Shown here: one piece after another, positions 52,542 through 64,000 of the stretch | How the letters are laid out: every line of letters starts with the position of its first letter | How positions within the stretch are numbered: position 1 is the stretch's first letter | NCBI GenBank assembly: GCA_051362555.1 | Contig: CM120640.1 | Coordinates: forward strand, 33,747,967-33,811,966 | DNA length: 64,000 bases | Source: Lingula anatina | Lineage: Eukaryota; Animalia; Brachiopoda | Direction of reading: 5' to 3' | Position numbers and translations under genes: made by a program | Notes under the pieces: model-generated | The model's input: only the letters and a program-made list of their open reading frames with translations | What the model was told of the DNA's origin: nothing | Database searches by the model: none

Positions 52542-55500
52542 TTAAATGCGCCATGTTTCTTCTTCGATATCGACTTTTATCGATGCAGAATTAATATCCT
52601 CCGTTTTGCCAGTGTCGTTTTTATTTTCTTCTGAATTAGTTTTGACAGAATTCGTTTCAGACTCCTTCTTAAAGGAGACAGCTGTCCCGTTAGTGCTCAC
52701 AGGTTGCATTTCCGGATCCCTCTCCACATCTGCGGGTTCTGTTGTAAGGGCGGACCCATTTGAAACGGTTGCTCCATTTCCACTGGTCGTAGTTTCTGTA
52801 GGGAATGTTTGACCAAAACGCCCTGAAGATGAAAATAAAATCCCGATTGAACCTGGCCATGGGAGATAATACAATTAAGAACACATCCTATGTAAAACAG
52901 ATGGGTTTTTTGTAGAAAGATCGATGATACTGCACCATCATTCGAGAAGTGCGTTTTGTTACATATAGGGTCTAAAAGAGTGGCACACAGCAAAAATAAT
53001 GCATTGACGTACCTAGGTCCACCGGCCACACGGCTTTCGTGGCCAAATATGCTGTTAACACACAGGCGCTTATCAACAATAATTCAAACAGGAGCAAAAC
53101 AGAATCAACTGCAACGTGCATCGTCTGAAAAAAGATATATGTAAAAATGTCAATTCAAATTAAATACATGTGGGTAGGTTTCAGAGTAATTTCCCATGAC
53201 TTCCCAGACGAAATATAAAAACGAAATGCCTGGTTTTCATTGTACAGATACAAGGAATAGTTGTAATAACTCTATGTCTATCATCTAAACCTCTCACCTA
53301 AACTGTAGATAATGTCTGATAAATTGTCTAGAATTAATGTCTATTAATTGATTCTAATATCTTTGAGTACTAAAATACCCCACCCTGAGAAACTCATCCC
53401 TGTTTTATAAGCATGCCTCTGGGTTTCCATAGAATCTGGAAACAGTAGGGTGTCTGTGGACAGTACAGAGGTTAGTCACTACTGTCCTCTGAAACTCAGG
53501 GTGTAAGAACGCATTCAGAACAGCGGACTTACAGATCTGCGGATCAAATATGGCGACCCACTTAAATACTTGCCGCTTAATTCCTGATTAGGCACCAAAT
53601 AGATTCCCCGCGGCCCGGGGATCACGCAACAAGCATTCAAGTGGGTCGGCCATATTTGATCCGTGGATCTGTTAGTCCGCTGTTCTGACTGTGCTCGAAG
53701 ACTTACTTTATAATCATATCTGCATACAATGGTTGTAGTCATAGGTGGTCGGGTTGGGACTGCAGGAGCGCAGCTGATTCTCCTGGCTTCGCTTGCCACG
53801 GCATCGACTGTCAGCCCAAAAGCAATTATGCCTGCGAAGGCAGACACTGTTGACAACACCATGCAAACTAGAATCTTGCAAAATACACAGAACAAAGTGA
53901 GTGAGAAGAACTGGATATATATAGATGTATAAAACAATTTGCATTAGGCACGATAAAACCATAAATTATTAAAAAAAATTTTTTTTTTTTGGAAACAAAT
54001 CGAGGCGGTTGGCGAAGAAGAGTAGGGCTACTATGCATCCTGTTTCACATACATGTAAGAACATAAACCCGAAAATTGTCGAAACTTTCAGAACAATCTT
54101 TAAGTCTACTTTGATCAGGCTCTTAGCCAGGAAACCCGACTTATGTTTTTTGTGAAACGGGGGCCAGTAGTAAGCATTGCAGGAAAAACATTGCAAAAGT
54201 TTCTTTTTCAGTGAACTACTATGGATTCATCTGCTTGAAATAGTTTGGGATGACAAAATTACCCAGTGAAAGTTTTTATTTATATTTTCATGCAGAATTC
54301 CATCAAAGAATCGTATATTTCACGTAAGTCGCTTAGAAGTTATTCTGCTACATGTACCTACCGATCTAGTTGACTTGTTAGATGACGCATAAACGCCACT
54401 TACTCCTGCGGAGACGCACTGAAATGATATGAAGGTAGATTGTCACCTGGCCAAGCAAAAACTGAGATGAAGGGAAGATCCATCTTATTTCCCAAAATAT
54501 AACCCGTACACATGCCGTTTGATAATTAGAAGGAAGGTGGGTTTGCTACGTAGTAAGCCCCTCCTGGGGCGGATCCAGGATGCGAAGCCGATCCTCCCCT
54601 CCCCTTCCTTGGCGTGGGGTTCGGGGCCCGATGAAGGGCTCAGAAAAATTTTGATATTTTAGAGGGAAAACGGTGCCATTTGATACGGTTAGGAACTGTG
54701 ATTCAGCTAGTCAAAATTATAATTTCAAGCGGGGACCATTGGGGTGATTTTTGTCAGAAATCGAAGGGGGGGGGGGGGGGCAGCCACACTGTAAATCCGC
54801 CACTGCCTCTCGTTATCACTCTATTCTAAACTCATTTCTAAACTGGATAGCAATGCAATGCAATGTAGCGGTTGCTTTCTAGATATAGGCACTCAAGCTA
54901 GAGTGAACAATTTGGTAGCACTGAGTAAGTATCATGTAACAACTCAGAGTTTCTAAGTTTCTAATGCACGCACTGTTTGGCTCACGGAAGGGGGGGGCAA
55001 ACGCACGCACGCACACACACAAACACACACACACACACACTCACATATGATCGAAAAATGAATTGTAAAAATGATTTCAATATTGCGTGAAAACCATAAA
55101 AGGAAAACCAAAAATACTTTATAATTGAAAATCAGAGCACGAAATACGTAAAGAAACTCCATCCATAGCGTATCACATTCCTGGTGGCATTTACTGAAAT
55201 AGAGACAAACATGGATATTGCTCATGTCCCTGGAGACAATGGGTAATTATGGAGAAATTAATTGGTAACGTATAGAAGGTCGCTTCAGTAGAGTTCTAAT
55301 CATGGGATCGTGGACAAGAATACAGTTGAATAATAAAGACGAATAATACATAGGTCATTGATCCAATAGGAAGGAGCAAATAATGGCAGTACACATATGA
55401 TATATATATGTGCAAGCGAGGAACTTGGAAATCGATAGTGGATTGCGTCTGTGAATCACCTGGAACATTTAAGCTAAATGAGCTAGTTATTTGAATGATT

Positions 55501-56223
55501 GTAACGATATAAATAATTCAAATACCTTTTAAGGTATACTATCTGCGTTTGAAACCATCCCTATGTCAAATTTTATACGACTACTTCTTCCGTTAATGTG
55601 CTAATCTTTCTCAATTCAGACATTAAGAACAATTAAACCCCTGACATAAAAGTACATGATGTCAATATTATCTTCTAAAATGTACAGGAAGACGTGGCAG
55701 TCTAAACGTTTGGGAAACAAAAAACTGAACCATCTGAAATGGTATAAACATCGACACCATATGTGCAGAGATGGGACTGGCTACACGGGTTGGAGAAAAT
55801 TACTGTTTTTTCGAGGAAAATTCGATTTGTCCGGCAAATCCCGGATATAATACCCTTTAAGTAGTATACATATTTTGATGCTTTCTAAACAGCATACTGC
55901 ACACGCTCGCTCGTAGGCGCACACGCACACACACACAACGAAAAAAGAATTGCAATTATAATTTAAAAACTAGAAGGCAAACACCGAAGAATACTTTTCA
56001 GTCTATCAATAACGGTACACACCAATAAGCCTCCCCAAATGCCATGACCAACTTCTCCAAGAAAACTCTTGGTCAGATTATCCACAATGCCCACGATGAT
56101 ACACAAGCTACCAAGAACAAACTGCACCACTGCTATTGCTCGAAATGTTTGGCTTCCGAATCCAGGACGGGCATGGCTTCCCGGTACGACTGGTTGTGTT
56201 TTACTCCTCACGGTGGGGGTCAT
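52542..56223 (-). CDS. MS4A/CD20-like four-transmembrane protein 2, 272 aa, 5 coding exons
   Basis: Exons 56023-56223, 54362-54418, 53707-53874, 53013-53124, 52542-52822 (819 nt). TM1 IAVVQFVLGSLCIIVGIV; GHGIWGGLLCVSAG; TM3 ILVCMVLSTVSAFAGIIAFGL; TM4 SVLLLFELLLISACVLTAYL. Its 57-nt second exon is the same size as in gene 1. Confidence 0.82.
53507..53696. mobile_element. Small fold-back MITE (~65-bp TIRs) next to a splice donor of MS4A-like gene 2
   Basis: gaacgcattcagaacagcggacttacagatc..caaatatggcgacccactt is inverted as aagtgggtcggccatatttgatc..gtccgctgttctgactgtgctc. Its termini resemble those of the 27974 element (GAGCGCATTC). Confidence 0.8.
54564..54805. mobile_element. CAG(G/T)GGCGGAT-type MITE
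   Basis: ctggggcggatcca ... taaatccgccactg termini with a G-run. The TSD is imperfect. Confidence 0.7.
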
Positions 56224-59200
56224 TCTGATTTTTCCACTGAAATGAACATTCATATCATATAGACATATACATATAATTCAATATGAGTGACATACATCCC
56301 ACAAATGACACTGTTTACTTCTAGTGAGAAACTCTCAATGGTTAGAAATGGCGGCTAACTCTAGTACATGTGACTGACCAAATCTCATTAATGTAATTAT
56401 AAACCCAAGCTGTAGAATTATAAATTGTTATTGATATAGATAATTTGTTGATACTGAATGAAATAATAGTTATCCCCTGCTAGTAGTCCAGATTTGTTAA
56501 GTCAATGCACTTTACTTCCAGTTCAAAGTTATGAATAGTTCCTGGCTTTAGTTTATTTGATACCATGTTTGGTTACGGTTTGTTTTTTTCTCTTTACGGT
56601 AACGTTTTTAATAACATTCACTTTCAGATCGGTATAAAACAAAGGTTTTATCCTTAATTCCAGGTATACAGAGCTTAATATTACAATTCCCTGTGTCATA
56701 TCTCTTTCATCCGACCTCCTTCCTGCTGTGCTATCTGTTTAACCCAAAGATAAAATATGAACTGTATTATTGAGCTGCAATCAATAGCTTGGATCCTGGA
56801 GAATGGACTCGGACAGCTTTTGTCAAAACCGTTCTGAATTTAGCCGTGCATTCGCTGTTGCTGCAGTGATGTGTTTATCTACTTTTAAAAATTCATAATT
56901 CTCAATATCTGAAATCGTTCGGAAAACAATGTTGCTTCTGGATTCAATTCAATCAGAAAGCATTATGGAACAAGCGATGGCATTCTCGCTAGTCAAATTT
57001 ACTGACGAAACAAAAAACACATTTATCATTTTGTCTGGAAAAACAGGTAACACTGATGGAAAATCAATAACTTAAAGGGAACCATCTGTAATTTATCAAG
57101 CTCATTTTGTTTTGTGACCAGTTGACTACTGAAAATCCTCTAGATGTCATGTGCTTTAATAAACAACTACTTCTTTGAGAAAAAGAGTTGCATTAAAATG
57201 GCAATTTTACATATCGTTTCTAGCTTATAGGGAGCCTGAGAAAATGCACTACATTTTTGTAAGAGTTCAAAGTCATGCATTATTTTAATATGATTTGAAT
57301 ACATGTACCATAGCGAGTCAAAAGAATATAATGAAATTAAAGATAAATTAATAATGATAGAAAAAATAGACTTTCGTATATTTTGAAACAGAGGGAATGG
57401 ACGCCAAAGAAAAAATATTTATATTCAAAACGTTCTTCTCAAATGGCGTTCTTGCGCCGATACCTTATTATAAGTAATGTCTTAGATATTTCACACACAC
57501 ATCCACACACATTTCCACCGTCTACTTATAATGTTATTGGGATGGAAAGTCTGATTCACACCTCTGTTACTGCGCTTTAATCAGTTCAGTGATGGCCTAC
57601 ACACAATGTATTTACAAGAAAAAACAACAAAATGTACATTTCTCACATTTATGTACCTGAACATTAAAGTAATGGATCCGGTATACCTACCTAGCAGCAT
57701 GACACGAAGGCCAGTCGCTCTCATTGATAGCATTTATCACCATGGTTACATAGCAAAACACATACATGATATCAAATTGGCACATCAACGGAAAGTCGTG
57801 CATGTACTGGTTTAGGAATATGCCGTCTAAATACACGTTCATATTCACATGTAAAGTGAGTCTACATAGGACATTTACCTGTACTCCGTGTAGAAGACAT
57901 TAAGTGCCTATAGGGCCTACACTGATGGTGCCTGTACTTGAGTTATGTCAGCATTGTCTAGTTATATCCTTCTAGGTCCAGCTGTGTACTATACAATAAT
58001 TGACTTCATGTTGACGTTAATAATTCACTGTCTTCAGTGGACTAAATAAAGAACTGTAAGTCTAGAGTTTAAAGGTACATTTTTAGCTGAGCGTTAATGG
58101 ATTCCTAGTAACGCATATTAACCACTCCTACTAGTATCTTATTCTACTCAATGAGAGCATTCACATCGTGAAGAGCCTAGGTCCAGTCATAATCCCTAAA
58201 TGGTCTCTCAATAAATGTCAATGAATGTCATTGAGAGACCATTAAAAGATTACGCGGTTCTCCTTTCATGTAGGTCCGCCATATTTAGGTCTCGGCCTTG
58301 CTTGACCTCGGCTCTTCTCGGTGTGAATGCTCTCAAATAAAGTCTACACGCCAAAGGATGAACGGAGTGCAATCACTCGACCAGCCATAAAAGGGCTTTT
58401 AACTGCTCCTTCTTCAAATTTTTGTCTAAAATTTGACCTACTTATCTGTCCCGTTTTTAGAAGGCACAAAAGGCAAGCAGAAAATCCGTTCAAATATCAT
58501 TTTTCGGTTAAATGGAACGATGGATTTTGGTATTTCTCAAAGTTGTACTATATGAAACCATCTGGTGGCATTTAGTCGGCTTTTGTGGCAAAAAAAGACT
58601 TCAAATGCATCTTTAAAGGTATGTTGACATAACGACGTGGACGCCGTCCTATCAATCAAATATAAATGGCAGCCCACCTTTTTTCTAATTGAGGAAACTC
58701 TAGTCTTACCTCATCGTCCTGTTCCTTTCAAATGCAGATGAAGTTTCTGCACACGCAGGTACAATGCATGACAAACGTATTTAATTTAATACGGCTCCAC
58801 AAGCTGTTACTCGTGCCAATATCCCTTTTTCATATGTCATTAATGAAATAGCCATATAATAATACTGACAAGATATTGAAGCTCAGGGTCCAATATTCTT
58901 CACCACATGTTGCTTTACACATGGTGCGCATTTCAAATGATTTTAATAACTTAAGCGATAATAAATTTATGCATCTTTTTTATATTCTGCCATTTTTTTT
59001 TTGTATCTTTTTTTTTTTTTTTTTTTTTTTTTTGTTTGATTGTTTCTATTTAAATTTACGTTAGGTGACAGATCCAAAGATAAAAAGAAATGAATAGACG
59101 AATAAAAAAAATGAGGTCAAATCCTATATAATGTTTCGGGAAAAGGGGATAGCCCCCTTCTACCCCCCCCCCCCCCCCCCCCCTTTGTATCTACCTTTAA

Positions 59201-61388
59201 TACTGTCACTAGCTAAAAGCTTTTCACGTGAAACAGTTTCACTAATGCTAGGCATGGATCGTACATGCAAGCCAACTATAGGCCCTATCACTGCAGTTTC
59301 GACTACCTACCCGTGAGTCTACATAACCGACTGTGACAGGCACATTTCCTTATTGTACATACCTGTATGTATACGTACTTACGTACTGAGGCAGTTTTGC
59401 TAAACTGATCATGAAAGTGTTGATATTGTTATCTTATCGAACGTGCTTGTTTACAATCTAAAAGCAACACACCGCTAAAGGTCGCTGTCTCCATCGCACG
59501 TCCACCACCCACCTTCAATATTTTTCAACGGTTACTCTGGCTTCCGTTACTCCCTGGGGTGCATTTCGTTTCAAACGCACCTTTTCGTCTTAATACTAGT
59601 GTCAGTGGCCATGGTGGTAAACAGAGAGTAATCAAGAGATCGTATGACAAACCTCGGCCATATCTAATGACACCCTACTCTTTCCCTTACGAGCCTTCTG
59701 CCACAGTGCTGACATACCTGAGAAAAATGGGCACCTTTAGCAAATATGGATAACCCAGATGTGCTATTGAAAAGGGTGGGAGTAGGGTAACCTTTAAAAT
59801 AACAACCAACAATACACAAGAATAAACATGAAGCCTGTCCCCTTTTTGAACTTACACGATGACATAAAATACATAGGCCTACCTTTAAGTACATATGCGT
59901 GTAATAGTGTCTCGGCGTTTGTGCCTTAGCAAAGTCTCAGAGCAGTTGCAGAGATCGATACAGGAAAATCTGTACGAGTTTTCTCCGCCGAGACATTTCC
60001 TGGAGTCGCTGTGGAGTTACGTTGCTGTGGAGTCGTTGCAGACAGTATATCTAATACGTTCATAATAGCAACATATATTGTTGAAATAGTTTTTGTCTCT
60101 CGAGGGATTGGATACTATTATACAGGGAATGTCGGTATAATAGAAGTGATATATAGACATACGAAATATTGAAAATATGGTATCATAAAATTGTAGAATC
60201 GAAGGGACCGTTTGTTACAATAGTGGCAGCAGGTTCTATAAACATTGGGGATTTCTTGGAGCGGGGGGAGGGGGGGGGACCGGTACTATTAAAGCAAGGA
60301 CTTCTATTTTTTAAAGAATTTCAAAACATGCAGAACGATTCTGTTGTATTACCGCATCGATCCTGCAACATATTACATTCAACGCGATTACCGGTGAAGT
60401 GATAATGACCCACAATGAGGTTGTTTTTTACCGTTTGCCTGTCTGCATGTTTGTCTGTCTATCTGTCAAAAAAAAGTTGCTGGCAGATTTTGATAAAATT
60501 TTCGGAAATTAATTAAACTGGCGGGAGTGGACCTACATGTAGTAAGAAACGATTAGACCTTGGTGGTGATCAATATCATATTTCAAGTTCGGCACTTGAC
60601 GAGGATCTTGTATGGGACATTCACCTCTGGTTCTATATGTATTAAAGCAGGGAACGCTATTATGGGAAATGCGGTGTAGTAAGAGTAGTATTAGCTAAAT
60701 GCAGCTGTACTAGAGAAAACTATTTGTCTTTCCCCATTCCCATAAAAAGATTTAATAAAAGCTCGTGTTTTCCCCGTACTTGTAATAAGTCGCTTCCACT
60801 CTAGAAGTTGATTGATGGTATACTAATACAACAACCTGAATAGAAGCTCAAGCCTTTTTATTAGAAAATTAGTCTTAATTCTGAGACTAAAATTCCCGGT
60901 CGAATTAGATCCAAGATAAATTACTGCGTGTACTATAGTACAATTTAAGGAAACAAACAGACCTGTTTGTCTGAAAGTCTCGAACAATTTTTGAGCTAAT
61001 TAATGTTTTTTGGGGTGTGCGCTCTGCAAGGCCAAAAGTGTCTAACTGGGCCAACTATTTCGGTCTCCCCCCGTTGTATAATATAATTTAGAAAATTTTC
61101 GAGAAATATGAAAAAAGGTCCATGCAGTTGTGTGGTGGCGCCTCTTATGTCTTTATATGTCTCTGATGTCGGGCGCCACTCATGATGGGTGCATCTTATG
61201 TCGTTATACACCCAAATAGAGGTGCGTTTCACATGCTGAAGTGTCAAAAAATAAAATTGAATGAATTCAAAGATGTATTCAAATTTTAAACATATATGTG
61301 TACAGAACAAAAATCCACGACTGTCTCAATTTAAATTCAAATTTTTATTTTTACCATGTCTTTTACATTACGCAAAGAGCCCTAAATG

Positions 61389-62037
61389 CAGTGGCGGATT
61401 TAGGTGGGGTGTCGGGGGGGGGGGGGGGGGGGGGGGGGGTTCTGACATATCGATAAATGTGGACTCCTTTTCGTATTAATGAAAATCGTCGGAGAAAGCC
61501 CAAAGTCAGAGATCACACACTGCACCAAACTTGTCTCTTTCCTGCTAGTTAACATAAAATTTATCCAAACACCAAACTACATGTAGAAATGCCAGAAAAA
61601 AATTTTAAAGTCACATTTGCCTATTGGATTTTCTAATTTATATAATACCTATTTGGTTTTCTAAGTTTGATTCCTACTCCTAGCTCATTCCTAGGCTGAC
61701 CTACACTTTAGCCTGATCTAACCTACACCTAGCCTGGCCTACACGTAACCTACTCCAGGCGTCTTCGTGTCTGTCGGCGTCAAAGAATGATTCGGAACCA
61801 TATAGGTGCGCTACCCATTGCGCCACCGACGAGGACACAATGACAACTGCATTTCTTGGCTTATTTACCTGTACTCTTTACCTTGAAATTAAAATATTTA
61901 AAACACACGTTAACAAAAGACATCCGTACGTCTAAGGTGTGTGTTGAACCCTACACTTTTGGTTTAGGATCCCGACGTCCTTACCACTGTGCCATCATCG
62001 ACATCACGATTACCGCCTGACGCCCCCCCCCCCCCCC

Positions 62038-62081
<44 letters not shown>

Positions 62082-62088
62082 GCCACTG
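61389..62088. mobile_element. CAGTGGCGGATTT-type MITE (~700 bp) with an internal tRNA-like segment
   Basis: cagtggcggattt (61389) and aaatccgccactg (62076-62088), with subterminal G and C runs. Confidence 0.75.
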
Positions 62089-62405
62089 TATTGTATCGTG
62101 ATCCTTGTGGATGAATAAAAAGTTTTATTTGTCCAAGCGTGTTATTTTAATATCTTACTATTCCGTTTTTGGTAACGTTAGATGAGGCAGATGTGAGCCT
62201 TATTTTTATTGTTATAATGGAAGACGAGAGACATAAAAAGGACTTGACAGTGGGCATAAAGCTGAGTTGAGAATACACGATTCTTGTTGTTTGATCCGAC
62301 TCTTACAATTTGTCGTTTTTCGCTTTGGTACGGGGCTGTCTTGACTGGTGGCGCTAATTTCTACCCTAGGCATTCGAGGTATGAATTATCACACTATGAT
62401 TCGCA

Positions 62406-63933
62406 ATGGCGCAGGAGGGGTGGTTGTGCACTGACACGGCTAGCAGAGGGATAGAGCTGACGCAGCGCATTGTGGAAGCTTCACAGGAGGGAGATTTTGA
62501 TACTATAAAATCCTTGCTAGAGGCAGGTGTGTCGGTGAACGCTGCCGAATACAACAAGACTTTGTTTTATGCCTCTCAGAATTACATGACTCCGCTTCAA
62601 ATTTGTGCAGAACATGGGTTTTTACAGTGTATTACACTGTTGATAAAGCATGGAGGTAATCACTATATATTTTGCTATACATTTTGCCATATATGATAAA
62701 AATGCACTCTCAGTCATCAGACACGTCGCAGACTGCAGTCGGTCACAAACCTGAAAAGTGAAAGTTGTTTCAATATTTCAATACGTACTGCATGTTATCT
62801 GTTATTACAGATATACACGAACTGTAATTGCTGCACAATGGGTTATGCAGATCTGTATCAGTATCTGTTTTACACTTATACAATTTAACAAGAATATTCT
62901 AAACACATAAAAAACATGGTGTCACCATCATTGTGAAATCACTGAAACGGTATACACTGTACTAGTACATGTAGTGTACAGTACATATGTTGCTGTTATG
63001 AAACTTTATCCTGATCACTGTGACAGTAGTAATAGTATTGTCATTATTGAATTACAGCTGCTCTGGATGCCAAAGACCGTTTTGAAGTGACTGCAGTCCA
63101 CCTTGCTGCAGAGAAAGGGTATTTCCAGTGTTTGAAAGCACTGCTAGATGCTGGGGCGGACTGTAACATTGGGACCAAGTATTCTAGACATGGCTACTAC
63201 AAAGGTTAGTCTCTTTATATTTTAAAAATGTGACCATTTGTTTTCTCAATAGTATTAAACTCCAAGATGGTCGTATATCTTTATAAAGGAATGAGTGGAA
63301 AGGCTGTGAAATATTGCTGAAGGTAAAAGGTTTGTTGACAAGGACACATTGCAAAAACACTGACAGGTGCGATTATAAAGGTGTGATATGCTTTGTTTTA
63401 TAGAACATAAAAGAAATGAAATTGTTTTTAATATTGGGTTAGAGACAGAAACTAAAAGTCAAATTACACAATACGAAACTTTAGAAGATGGCATGTAACG
63501 TATGTGCCAGCATGTTTTTCAATTAATCATGGAGAGTAATGGAGACTTATCAGTCTAACATATTTACACACCTCCTCCTGGTATTGATTGGAAACATTTA
63601 AATTGATTGCATTCAGTGAGAATCCCCACAGAGTTGGATCGATCTACGTAGATTGATACCTTCACTGGGAATGAGCACTAATTCTTCCATACTTCTTGTT
63701 TTCAGCAGTGCCATATCCTGGGGGAACCACGGCACTACACCTAGCTGCCAAGAACAATCACGTGGAATGTGTCAAGGAGCTCATCCTCAGTGGGGCCGAT
63801 TTCAATGCGCCAGACCAGCATGGCCGCACCAGCCTGTATATAGCAGCCCACGAAGCCCACGAAGAGTGTGTGCTGGTCCAGCTTAGCTCTGCCCTGGGGA
63901 GAGATATCCTCTCTCTGCCGGTCAACATTACAA
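62406..63933 (+). CDS. Ankyrin-repeat protein, first three coding exons (3' truncated by window end)
   Basis: Exons 62406-62655, 63058-63204, 63706/63709-63933 (tandem CAGCAG acceptor). ANK motifs TPLQICAEHG..CITLLIKHGA, TAVHLAAEKG..CLKALLDAGAD, TALHLAAKNNHVECVKELILSGAD, GRTSLYIAA. Confidence 0.9.
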
Positions 63934-64000
63934 GTAAGACTGGGTTCCCATAAACTTCGAAGATTCAATCTAACTCAGAGGGGATTCTGGCCAAATTGCA

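Noticed and set aside
56300-61300. Assorted 60-100 aa ORFs in the MS4A-ankyrin intergenic region
   Set aside because: They show no domain motifs or consistent splice structure, and several derive from homopolymer runs.

Overview
AT-rich, intron-containing animal genomic DNA, most likely a marine invertebrate (a lophotrochozoan-like guess from gene content and repeat types; the species cannot be determined from this window). Left to right: (1) 26 hand-spliced coding exons of SCAPER on the minus strand (3545-20557). The last exon appears to lie left of the window, two introns appear to use GC donors, and the 3' introns are long and TAAT-rich, fitting the known Islet-Scaper regulatory block. (2) A head-to-head 5-exon gene for a secreted, probably GPI-anchored 2-Ig-domain protein. 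(3) A patch of decayed Ty3/gypsy and DIRS-like retroelement pieces. (4) A tandem duplication carrying two intact DUF1399/GRDP-like genes of about 770 aa, each with a short collagen-like Gly-X-Y run and a (CGG)n Cys/Gly tail, with signs of gene conversion. (5) A convergent pair of MS4A/CD20-like four-TM genes, one with a His/Asp-rich outer loop and a PPSY motif. (6) The 5' part of an ankyrin-repeat gene. Non-autonomous DNA transposons are frequent (CAG-ended elements with 5-bp TSDs, Harbinger-like and Helentron-like elements, nested MITEs). All exon boundaries were read by eye and family assignments are from recalled motifs; no database searches were run.
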